Below the pieces are notes generated by a model, which saw only the letters and a program-made list of their open reading frames with translations, was not told the origin of the DNA and did not search any database. 64,000 nucleotides of DNA from an uncultured Gemmatimonadales bacterium (GTDB lineage Bacteria; Gemmatimonadota; Gemmatimonadetes; Gemmatimonadales; GWC2-71-9). This document shows, piece after piece, positions 1 through 10,477 of the stretch (within the stretch, counting starts at the first letter, position 1; each line of letters starts with the position of its first letter). The stretch lies in assembly GCA_963821525.1 (NCBI GenBank), contig CAWGED010000004.1, forward strand, positions 1 through 64,000. The letters run 5' to 3'. The translations under genes and the position numbers were made by a program.

Positions 1-307
1 GTTATGTGTGGCGCCGCTGAACCAGTCTCTCCTGTATTGCTCGGAGGAGGAGGACCGGCGCTTGGGCCGCGGCGACTCGGCTAGGAAAGGGAAGTAGCCA
101 TCGAACAAGGTCTGGAAGCGCTGCTGCTCATCCGCGCTGGTGGCGAAGATGGGGCACAGGAGAGTGCGGAGGCTCGGTGGGCTGGCAGCGATACCCGATC
201 CTGTTAAACAGGGCCTGCACCCGCAGGTAGTGGTCCACCCCCAGCTCAAAGTGATGATCGTGCAGGGTCTGCAGGAATCCCTCGAGCCACAGCGGCTCCG
301 AGGCCAC
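1..307 (-). CDS. N-terminus of the vWA-type component of a MoxR ternary system (runs off the window edge, frameshifted)
   Basis: GTG at 307 directly after moxR; reads ASEPLWLEGFLQTLHDHHFELGVDHYLRVQALF, then after a shift LCPIFATSADEQQRFQTLFD, resembling the helical N-terminus of MoxR-associated vWA proteins. Confidence 0.55.
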
Positions 308-342
308 CCCACGTCCCCCCGGCTCGATTTTCAGGAACTCCT

Positions 343-1294
343 TCAGCCGGTCTGTGCCTCCTTGTTCTTGGCCAAGATGCTGCAAGTGACCCTGATGGCA
401 TCTTCCCGGCCCAGGCTGGCAGGGTCGGCAGCGAGCTTCCCCTCCCACAGCACCCGGAGCCAGCCCAGGAACTCAGCGGTGGCCGGGGCCTTTTGCAGCG
501 GCTCCTTACGGATGGCCTCGAACTGCGCGATCGCCTGGGTCACTAGAGTCTCCATCTCCGCCGGGATGACTCCCCCGGGAGCGACGCGGGTGGCCACGAT
601 AGCACGCAGGCGCTCCTGGTCCGGAAAACTCAGGTGATAGAAGACACAACGGCGCAGGAAGGCATCGGGCAGGTTCTTCTCCGAGTTACTGGCGAGAATA
701 AGGATGGGTCGGTAGTCCGGTTGAGCTTGGAACCGGTAGCCTTCGGCCTCCTTTACCTCGAACGAGAGATTCTCGACCTCGTGCAGGATGTCGTTCGGCA
801 GGTCCCGTCGCGCCTTGTCGATCTCGTCGATAAGCACGACCTGACCGGGACGGCTCCCCGCTCCCGAGCATCCCCGGCAGCCCCGCCGGCCGGTCCCTTG
901 TGGGAGTCGCGCGGATGATAGCCTCGCCCAGTGCCGAGTACTCGAGGTAGGCGTCGATGGGCAGTGCCTTGCCCTCGGTCGTCCGGTCGTTGAATCGCCG
1001 CAGCGCGTCGTAGTGGTAGAACAGATCCCGCGCTGTGGCGGTGGTGGTGGTATGGAACACCACCAGCCGGAGCCCAAGTTCGTACGCCACGCTATAGGCC
1101 AGTTGGGTCTTACCGGTGCCGGGCTCTCCGGTCACCAGAAGCGGTTGAGAGAGGGTCGCAAGCGCCACGTTGACCGCGGCCCTCAGTCCGACCTCCGCCC
1201 GGTACCCCTCGGGCTGGTCCAAGGCCCGGAGGTCCACCGCCGGTGGGAGTGGAATCCCGCGTTCCTCCGCGGTTTCTCCGTTCCCCTGGTACAC
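343..1294 (-). CDS. MoxR-family AAA+ ATPase (frameshift near 850-900)
   Basis: Walker A GEPGTGKT, DLFYHYDALRRF, Walker B VVLIDEIDKA, NSEKNLPDAFLRRC spread over ORFs 686..1294 and 343..1077. Confidence 0.9.
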
Positions 1295-1317
1295 CCGCCA
1301 ATCGGTGCTAATCAGCG

Positions 1318-2805
1318 GCTACTTTTTTCACTTTGAGGGCACCCAAGGCGCTCGTGCCCTCGATCATGGCGATCAGCTGCGCCTCGGTGATATCCATGCT
1401 CACGAACCGACTCTTCGGCATCTTGGCTTGGCCAAGGATTGCGTTGATCCGCAGTTCGCGGCTCAGCGCGTCGATATCGGTGTACCTATTGAACTATTTT
1501 CTCAGATCGCACGTCGTTCACCGGGTCGAGCGGTGGAAGTACCGCACGGGTCGGGTGCGAGCCGCCGTTGGCCAGCTTCTCCATGCCCCGCCGGACCTGT
1601 TTGGCCAGAGCCGGGTTGTCCGGATCGGTAATGAGCGCAATGAACAGCATGATCAGCGGCTTCGCGCTGCTGGGCGGAAGGGCGGCCCAGAACTCGTCGA
1701 CGTACCAGCGGGCCAACTCGATCGAGACGGCCGCCGCTTTCTTGTCGCCGAGCCAGACCTCGTGCGAGATGGCGACTAGCGGATTCCGCGGAAATCCCGG
1801 CGCGGCCAAGATGTCTGTAGCGCTGGGCCGCTGACCGATGGACGTGCCATTGAAGGCGTCGAGCAGCCGGGTCAGGAGCCGGCGCTGCAGGTCCCGCAGC
1901 TCACCGCCCCTCGGCCAATCCACCGCCTTGGCCAGCACGGTGGTAACTTCGGATCGCCAACGGCCGGACAACTGCAGGTCCGAGAGCTTCCGATGCAACT
2001 CGACGTCCACCAGCCGGTCAATCAGGCTCTCGGGCGGCTCGGTGCGCTCGCCGAATATAAGGTAGGCTTGCGGAGTTCCGGGGCCTCGCTCAGCCGTGCG
2101 GGGAAGCGCTCTACGAAGAGGTCGGCCTGCTTACCGCGGTCGCACAATTTCTCGAGGCGCCATCCGTCCGCCACCCGAACGGCACCGTCCCTGAGGTCCC
2201 ACGCGCTGGGAAGATTTTCGAACGCGACCGTGGCCGGGAGCAGTGGCAGCGTCACTGCGTCCGGCTTCCGGCCTCCGAGATGCTGCGCGCGATCTCCTGC
2301 ACCGCCTGTTTCACCGCTTCACCCTGCTCGGGAGGCCGGAGCAGACTAACCCATACTTGATGTAGTCCGCGCCCAGGCTCGGATGAAAGAACTGGAGTCG
2401 GGACGCAACCTCAGGAAGGGTGCCCTTGAGCGATTCCGGGGGCCCCACAGGATCGGGATTATCCGGTCTGGGAGCGCCTGGTCCTGGTGTTGATCAACGA
2501 ACGCCTGCTGCCGGCGGCGGAAGGCGGTCCATTCCTGCCCGCAGGCTCGCTTGCTGAAATACCGGGGATGGTAGAGTGGCAGAAACACCCGACAGGACCG
2601 GAGCCCTTCCGCCAGGGTAACGGGCCAATCGTCGCCCAGTGGGATGTCATCCTTGTCCAAGAACCCCAGGCGGTCCTGGGGCCAGGCGGTAGCAGTCCGG
2701 AGGGCATCGCGTAGCCTCTCGTAGAACGTCCGGAGCAGCTCCGGCTCGTCCCATTCCTCGCGGTTGTAGCTGAGAAAGAAAAGGTATGGTGAGGTCGTCT
2801 TGACC
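1318..2805 (-). CDS. FxsC-like TIR domain fused to a probable inactive STAND (iSTAND) domain; several frameshifts, start codon unresolved
   Basis: YLFFLSYNREE...GFLDKDDIPLGDDWPVTLAEGLRSCRVFLPLYHPRYFSKRACGQEW (TIR with conserved Glu), LPLLPATVAFENLPSAW, then LEKLCDRGKQADLF and a Walker-less alpha/beta region; directly upstream of moxR. Confidence 0.7.
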
Positions 2806-3315
2806 TGTTACTCTATCCCGCCGGAAAGCTCAAGAATCGGGATAGGCATTTCAATCGCTCGGCTGGACCGTACAGCGAGTAGCAATGGCCGTCAAGGGAA
2901 ACGAGGAGCACTCATCGTCGCTATATCACGCGGCCGTTGCTTTTCCGGTTCAAAGTGCTCGGCTCGAGAGGCGGGCCAATCGCACACGTCCGATCAATCG
3001 CGGCTCGGGAAGGATCACACGACCCCGACCCCGACACACGACGATATGGTCTGGTACACAGGGCCGCCAGTAAGGCACCCGGAGTCGATGGCTTAGTGCG
3101 GTCGTGTCGGCAGTCTGGCGGTGAGGCTGCACAGACTGCAGATTGGGCAATCCGCTACAGATGGTGTCCAGTGACCAACGCGCCGTCGGCGCTGGTAGAG
3201 TCCTCCCGGCTGTTACTCGATCGGGCGGGAACTCGGCTTGGCTGATGGCGGCGGTGTCCTGTCCCAGGCGCGTGACCTCGTGCTCGACTCTCAGGACGTG
3301 TAGCCGGAGGCTGCC

Positions 3316-4269
3316 ATGAAACGGGCTCTCATTGTGGGCATCGATGATTATTCCTGGGCACCGCTGAACGGCTGCGTCAACGACGCGAACCGGGTCAGCC
3401 GCGTTCTTGCGCGGCACGAGGATGGCGAACCGAATTTCGAGTGTAGGCTGCTCGTTGCAGCTCATGGGACGCCGAACACAGTGACGAGGCCTGTCCTGCG
3501 AAAAGCCCTGGAGGAGGCACTCAACCAGCCGGCCGACGTCGCCCTGTTCTACTTCTCTGGGCACGGGACGGTCAACAATCTCGGCGGGTTTCTCGTGACC
3601 CAGGATGCGGCGCAGTAGGATGAAGGTGTTTCCATGCGCAATGTGTTGGAGCTGGCCAACAAAGCTCCCATCAAGGAGGTGGTCATCGGGCTTGACTGCT
3701 GTCACAGTGGTGAGCTCGGTAAAGTTCCGGAGATCGAGAACGATAGCGCGGTTTTGCGGGAGGGTGTCTCGGTCCTCACCGCCAGCCGAGACTCGCAAAC
3801 GGCCATGGAGACCGGAGGGAACGGTGTGTTTACCTCGCTGGTCTGCGACGCTCTGGAAGGAGGGGTGCGGATGTTTGGGAAGGTGACCGTCGCTTCGGTG
3901 TATGCGTACGTGGATCAGGCGCTCGGGGCCTTTGACCAGCGTCCGCTCTTCAAGGCCCATGTCTCCCGATTGCTCTCGTTGCGCCGCTGCAAGCCGGCGA
4001 TCTCCTTCGAGATCCTTCGGCTGCTTCCAAAATACTTCCCCAAACCGGATTACGACTTTCCCCTCGACCCGACGTATGAACCCGACGCTCTTCCGAGAGA
4101 TCCTGAACGTGAGCTCGTGTTCGGACATCTCCGGCAGTACCACGCCGCTCGACTTCTGGTACCCGTTGGCCAGGAGTATATGTACCACGCGGCGATCAAC
4201 TCGAAGTCGTGCCGACTTACTCCATTGGGCCGTTACTACTGGCAGCTCGCTGGGAGCGGCAAGATTTGA
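3316..4269 (+). CDS. Caspase-like peptidase C14 protein, interrupted by an in-frame TAG at 3616-3618
   Basis: KRALIVGIDDY, LNGCVNDA, catalytic FYFSGHG and LDCCHSG; the two ORFs are in the same frame; RBS GGAGG. Confidence 0.9.
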
Positions 4270-4484
4270 AGCCAAGCGTCCCAACTGCAATGCCTGCCCA
4301 AAGCAAGTAGCGAAACTATTGGGAGGCCGGAGACCCGGCCTCGAGGTCAGAGGGTCGCATTATGTCGCGAAGGATCCTCGAAATCTTCCATTCATCGACG
4401 TCGCAAGACCTAGAGGAATGCCGCGCAAGAGTGAAGGATGTGATCGAGAAGTGCCAGGTAAGCCGACAATCGAGGCGGAATGTC

Positions 4485-5597
4485 ATGCCGAAAGTCTTCA
4501 TCGGCTATAGCCGCCAAAGTGAGCGATGGCCAGGACCCTGGTCAACGACGTGGAAGCGCTAGGCTCCGACGTGTGGTTCGATCAGGAGCTGAGCGGCGGA
4601 CAGAGCTGGTGGGATACACATTCTCGAGATGGTCCGCGACTGTGATGTGTTCGTCTTCGTGTTGGACTCGAAATCGCTCACGTCTACCGCCTGTCAGCGA
4701 GAGTTCGCCTATGCGGCGGATCTCGGCAAGCCGATCCTGCCGGTGCTCGTTGCGGACGGGGTGTCCGTGAACCTCCTGCCGCCGGAGCTCTCGCGACTCC
4801 AGTTCATCGACTATAGGAAACAGGATCGTACTACCGCTTTCAGCTTGGCCAAGGCACTCGCCAGCATCCCACCTTCGAAACCCCTGCCTGATCCGTTGCC
4901 ACCGCTGCCGGAGGTTCCTGTCTCCTATCTGGGCGGTCTCACGCAGAGGATCGACAGGGCATCCGCGCTCGGCTTTGAAGAGCAAAGCGCACTGATGGTG
5001 GATCTCAGAAGGAGTTTGAGGGATCCAGAGGCCGCGAGTGACACCCGCACGTTGCTCGAACGGTTGAGAAGCCGACGCGACCTTCTTGCGACGATCGCCG
5101 AGGAGATTGATGAAGTGCTTCGGAGGGAGAGTGGAGCATCATCACGTCCGGGAACGACTGTTGCGCCGACGCCTCCTGTTAAAAACGACCTGCCGCAACC
5201 AGCAGCTACACCATTTCGCCTCGCTGCGCCCGGAACGTGGCCCCAGTGGTCGCGAGGTGCACTTGGCGGGTTCGCCGTAGGAGTAGTGCTGGATGGAATG
5301 AGCTTTGCCCTCTCGGGGCGCGGGTACTGGCTAATAGGAACGGCTCCGGGCATCCCCGTGTTCTCCGTTTTCGGATTGCTCTGGGCAATTCCAGGAGCGG
5401 TCAGCGGGACGCGCAAGAGAGTGATCGCTATCGCGATGGGTGGAGCCTTGGTTGGCTTCGGTGTTTGGGCGGCCGTGGCCCGTGCGGCCGGTGTCGGGGA
5501 GTTTCTCATCGTCGCAACATTCTTCGGGGCGCCAATCGGTTCGCTGTTGGGTGCGATTGTCGGAAGGACCAGGGAAAGCAAGAGGCCTTCGACATAA
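4485..5597 (+). CDS. TIR domain protein with C-terminal transmembrane helices (5' frameshifts)
   Basis: MPKVFIGYSRQS...VWFDQELSGGQSWW...DCDVFVFVLDSKSLTSTACQREFAYAADLGKPILPV; about four Gly-rich hydrophobic segments at the C-terminus. Confidence 0.85.
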
Positions 5598-6042
5598 CGC
5601 AGCTACTGCACAGGAAACCCCGTCAAGAGCCATTCTGCTTCACGCGGTGCGAGCGCGCGCTCCAACGACGCGCGTCACAAGGAGAAAATAGACCCTCATT
5701 CCTTGTTGATGAGATCATATCCAGTCGCGGGCCGGGACAATACAACCACCTCCCCCATTCAACCGAAGGTACTTCTGCGCAGCAGGACCAACGCGTGAAT
5801 CCGACAAGGCCGGTTGGATCAGTCGAGGGTAGTATCGATGCCGATGCCACCAGCTTTGTGGTCACGTCGTCCAGTTTCCGCTCAAGTCAGCGGATGTAAG
5901 CCTGGACTCCGCGATGCAGCGGCTTGGGGACGAAGCCGAGCCGGTTCTTCAAACTTGAACCCAAGCCGTTAGGCGGCTGCACAGCTGTCTGTCTTGGCAG
6001 CCAGAAGTCCCTTCGTGAAGGGATATTGTCAAGGAGATCGTG

Positions 6043-6902
6043 ATGCCACGGTCAACAACAACCTACCGAATCTTCGTTTCCTCCCCGGGAGATGTACAGC
6101 ACGAACGAGAAGCGATGCGGGGCGTCGTGAATGAAATGAACCGCATCCTCGAAGCCTTATTGCCCGACGACGGGTTCTTCGTGGAACTGCGTCTCTGAGA
6201 AGACTTCGCCCCACGCATCGCGGAGGGGCCGCAGCCTGTCGTCAACGAGCAGATCGGACCGTACGATGTGTTCATTGGCATCCTTGCGAAACGCTTCGGC
6301 ACGCCGACGGCCGTCGCGGGCTCGGGCGCCGAGGAGGAGTTTAGGCGCGCCCATGAGAGCTGGCGCAAACACGGAGCGCCTTGGATTGCGTTCTACTTCA
6401 ACACGAGGTTCGAGCCGCCCCAGGGGACAGACGAGCGCGCCCAGTTGGAGAAGGTTCAGGCGTTTAGAGCCGAGCTGGGTACTAAGGGGATTATCGGGAA
6501 ATACAACGGTGCGGAGGGGTTCATGAGCACCGTCCTCCCTCAGCTGTTGCAGATAATCGGCATCCTGATCCGTGAGGAGCGGCACGTGCGAAGTGTCTTG
6601 CGGCATGCTCCAATCCGGTTTGCCGGGTCAATCGCCGAGCAGCCGGTTCCGATCGATAGGAGGGTCAAGATCTCTGAAATCGGAGAGAAGGACGCTTGCT
6701 TCCTCAAGAGAAGAAGTACATCGGGAGAACGGGAGTCATTCCCGAGGCTCAGCAGATTGGAGAGTGGCTCCGAGGCACCTTCCAGTTCGACGAGCCACTC
6801 TTTAATGGGGACGACGGACGCTACACCTTCCTGCAGTTTCAAGTCGTGGAGGCCGACGCCGAAGCTGGAGACAGGACTCCTATCGTTCGAGACAGTACCT
6901 GA
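6043..6902 (+). CDS. DUF4062 (TIR-like) domain protein; in-frame TGA at 6196-6198 and a probable later frameshift
   Basis: RBS AAGGAG; YRIFVSSPGDVQHEREA...DVFIGILAKRFGTPT...SGAEEEF...IAFYF; C-terminus probably continues in the frame of ORF 6696..6902. Confidence 0.75.
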
Positions 6903-6985
6903 AAAGCCGCGACTACCCACCCCTCGCCACCCACCGCACCGGGCTGACGAGGGGCAGGGATTCGTCCGTTCAACGACGACCCGAC

Positions 6986-7244
6986 CTATTTCTTCTTCGA
7001 AGGATCGCCCTCGCGTCCTCCTCCTGGTGGTGGTGGAGGAGTCCCTTGGCGCCCGCCTCCCGGAGGCGGCGGCGGTGTTCCCCCCTCCCCGGCCCCCGCC
7101 CGGAGGCGGCGGCGGTGGTCCCTCTCGACCCCCGCCCGGAGGCGGCGGCGCGCTTCCCTCACGGCCTTTGCCGGGACGTGGAGCAGGTGTGCCCTCGCGC
7201 GACACCATCGGAATCACTCGGTACCGCCGCTTCAGCTGCATCAT
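6986..7244 (-). CDS. Small (~85 aa) Pro/Gly repeat peptide with about 5 x REGxxPPPPGGG
   Basis: AAGGAGG RBS 6 nt before ATG at 7244; one indel in the G-run near 7085 keeps the repeat in frame up to REGDPSKKK-TAG (6986-6988). Confidence 0.6.
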
Positions 7245-7271
7245 GGAGAACCTCCTTAGGGTGTGACCTAC

Positions 7272-10158
7272 CTATCGCGTTGCAACAGCCCGGCCTTCGC
7301 GTAGCGCGGCAAGCCGATGTTCGTAGCGTGTCGCCAGCACGGCGTCACCAAGCTTAGTCGCCGCCTGCTCCCGCAGCCGCAGGCTCGCAGGCAGATACAG
7401 CGTGTACCCAATCGGCCATGCGGAGTCGAAGACGCTGGCAACGTCGAGCGTCCGCTGAAATTCTCCACGAGCCATCAATAGCTGGGCGAGCTGGAGTCGC
7501 TCGCTGCCCCGAGGTGCCGTCAGATCCCAAGGGAGCTCGTCGCCTGGGATAGCCTCAGACAGCACTCCCATGAGCTGTTCGATCGCGGCCACCGTATCGC
7601 CGTGTGCCAGCGCGACCCGCGCGCTCATTGCGTGGGCGCCGGCTCGCTCGTACGCCGCCCCGCTCGTCCGCGCGCGCCTATCGAGCTCCTGTCCGATAGC
7701 GGCGACACTCTCAGTCGCACCGGCGTGATCCGCCCAGAGACCCAGCGCCCAAAGCCGGTTGGGATAGGGACACTTCACGAAGTGCTCACCGAATTGGATC
7801 TCGTCCCGCCGAGCCACGTCGCTCGCTCGATTCTGCAGCTCGGGAACGAGTGGCGCGTCGACCAGATAGAGCGACTTCCCGCCCAGACCGCGCGCAATGG
7901 CTGAATCAATGCGACCTGTGGCCTCCATCGTTCGGCCCTGTGCCAGCAGAATGCCCTGCAGCCCAATCAGAGCGCTCCAGCGGCGAGAGTCACCCCACTC
8001 ACCGGCGACCGTATCATCCTCAAGAACGGCCGTGAACGCCCGACGCGCGCAGTCCATCTGTGATCCTCCCCCCTTCAGCATATTGCCCGCAGCCAGGAGG
8101 GCGAGAGGGTGGGCCTGGGCGCCTTGCCGCCAGTCCACGTGGTCGGGCCCGCTTCGCACACACTGATCCATGAACCTGACCTGAAAAGCCAAGGTCGTAT
8201 CGGGATCAGCTGCGAGGAACTGCCTGACCAGGGGTTCGGCCTCGACGACTTCTCCCCTGCGCAGCCGGATCTCGATGAGATGCAGGAGCAGGGTGGAAGC
8301 TTGGGGGTCGAGACGATGCGCTTCCTCGAAGGCCGACTTCGCCAAGGAGTCGGGATTACCGGTCTCCGGCAGCAGGTGGGTGTACACCTCGCCCAGTAAC
8401 ATCCAGGCGACACCCATTTCCGGGTCCATCGCGAGCGCACGACGAAACTCGGCGGAGGCGGAGTCCGGCTGGCCATTCAAGTAGGCGTTGTACCCCAGAG
8501 CCGAAGTGATGGTATCTGAGAGGCAGCTTCTGGCGGATGGCGACCTGGATCAACGAGTCAGCCTCCTCCGGACGGTGGTTCCAGGTGGCCGCCTGCGCTC
8601 CGCGAATCGCGGCGAGCCCGAACAGCGAATCGGCCTTCACCGCCCTCCGGTAGTGGGCCAGCGCAGAATCCAGATGGACTCGACGAAACGCCGCCTCGCC
8701 GAGCAGAAAGCTCGCGATCGCGCCCGGCTCGCGGTCCTTCCACCCAGCCAGGACATCCGTCGGGCCACCCGGGATGAGCTTGGGAAGCACGTCGTTCACA
8801 GCGTTTAGTCCGGCCTGCCAGGCATCACTGCTCGAACCGCCGCCCTTGCCTCGGCCGATCGTCGAGTCGCCCTGGACGTCGTACAGATCCAGGAATACCT
8901 CCACCGAGTCGCCGCCTCGAGAGACCAGGCGCCCCGTCACGTAGTACGCGCAGCGCTTGGCGCGGGCCAGTGAGCGCGCCGCTTTAAGGGAAAGCGTGCG
9001 GATGTCCTCGCGTTGTTCAGGCTTGAGCAGGGGCCAACCGTCGATCCAGCGGAGTGGCCCAATGCCGTCCAGTGCATTGCCGATCATACTGGCCACGTCC
9101 TCACCGATCGTTCGTGGCCCTACGAAGTTGCCTGGCGCGACCAGGGGGTAGACCATGACCCTATTGGGATCGAGCGGGTGCGATCTCCGGAGCGCGAAAC
9201 GCCAGCCTAGAGCCAATACCCCAAGCGCTGTCACGCCGACGAGAGTGCGAAATAGCGTCCGGCGCCGAGACGAGTTCGGAGTCGGTTCGCTCAAATCGAG
9301 CTCGCGGAGCGCCCGCTTAAACTGCTCTACCGTGGCGTATCGGTCCGCCGGGACTTTGGCGAGCGCCTTCATGACGATGCGCTCGAGCGACACGCTCACC
9401 GTGGGGCGCACCGTCCGAATACCAGGGACCGGATCAACGGCGTGCCGAGACAACACGGCCTGGGGGGTCGGGCCAGTGAACGGCGGACCTCCGACGAGCA
9501 TCTCATAAAGCACACAGCCGAGGCTGTAGCCATCACTCCGGGCATCGACCCGGCCGCCGGCAGCTTGCTCCGGGCTCATGTATGCGACCGTGCCTACGGC
9601 CAAGCCCGAGTCGGTGAGTTTCTCTCCGGTGGAAACGTCGATGGCCCTGGCGATCCCGAAGTCGGCGAGGAAGACGCGCCCCTCGGAGAGCAGGATGTTG
9701 CTCGGTTTTATATCGCGGTGCACGAACCCTTCGGCGTGGGCGGCTACAAGGGCATCTGCTACCTCACAGGTTATGTCGACGGCCTGCCGAATGGTGAGTT
9801 GTCCCTCGCGGTGCATCAGCTGCGTGAGTGACTTCCCGTCCACGTAGGGCATGACAAAGAAGGGGAGGCCGTCTGCTATCCCTGTGTCGAGTACCGGCAG
9901 AATATTGGGGTGGTGCAGATGGGAAAGGATCTGGATTTCCCGGGTGAACCGCTCCCCAGCGATCACCGGCGCCAACTCCGGGCGCACACGCTTCAGCGCG
10001 ACTCTGGATCCTCCGACTAGATCATGAGCAAGGTAGACGGTGGCCATGCCACCCTGACCGAGCTCGCGCTCGATCTCGTAGCGTGCGGCAAAAATGCGTA
10101 GTGGTCCCGCCGAAGTGTCGGTCACGTTCGGCTCAGGGAGGTGGGAAGCTGCAACCAT
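7272..10158 (-). CDS. Hanks-type Ser/Thr kinase with hydrophobic segment and TPR-like C-terminus (frameshift near 8490)
   Basis: LGQGGMATVY, VALK, HRDIKPSNILL, DFGIAR, GTVAYMSPEQ; helical repeats in ORF 7272..8480. Confidence 0.9.
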
Positions 10159-10477
10159 AGGATACAGGCTAACGGCGGGTTGGCCAGCACCGGGCCGCGA
10201 TCTCAAGCCCGCCGCCTGCACTCCCCAGCCGCAGACCCCCGCCGCACCCCAGCCGAGGGGCTTGGGTGTCACCCCTACGCTCGCGCCCCTTACCCCGGAG
10301 GTCCGGGCTGAATTGGAGCGTGTCCGTCGCAGATGGCCAGGAGTCGAGAGGTCTTGATCTTCCCGCGCCCCCACAAGGCGTGTTACGGGGTCGCTTAACT
10401 CCCAGCCTCGATGCCGATCGCAGCCAAGCGTCTCGCCGTAGCTAACGTCCAAGGGTGGTCTTGTCCAACGGCCGCCG

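Noticed and set aside
2950..4290. 446-aa minus-strand ORF
   Set aside because: Antisense shadow of the caspase gene with no recognisable motifs.
3616..6198. Alternative genetic code (TAG or TGA recoding)
   Set aside because: TAG and TGA both act as normal stops for many genes here, and the two cases involve different codons.
6903..7266. Pro/Gly-rich plus-strand tail of ORF 6268..7266
   Set aside because: Better explained as the reverse complement of the minus-strand repeat peptide, which has its own strong RBS; not fully excluded.
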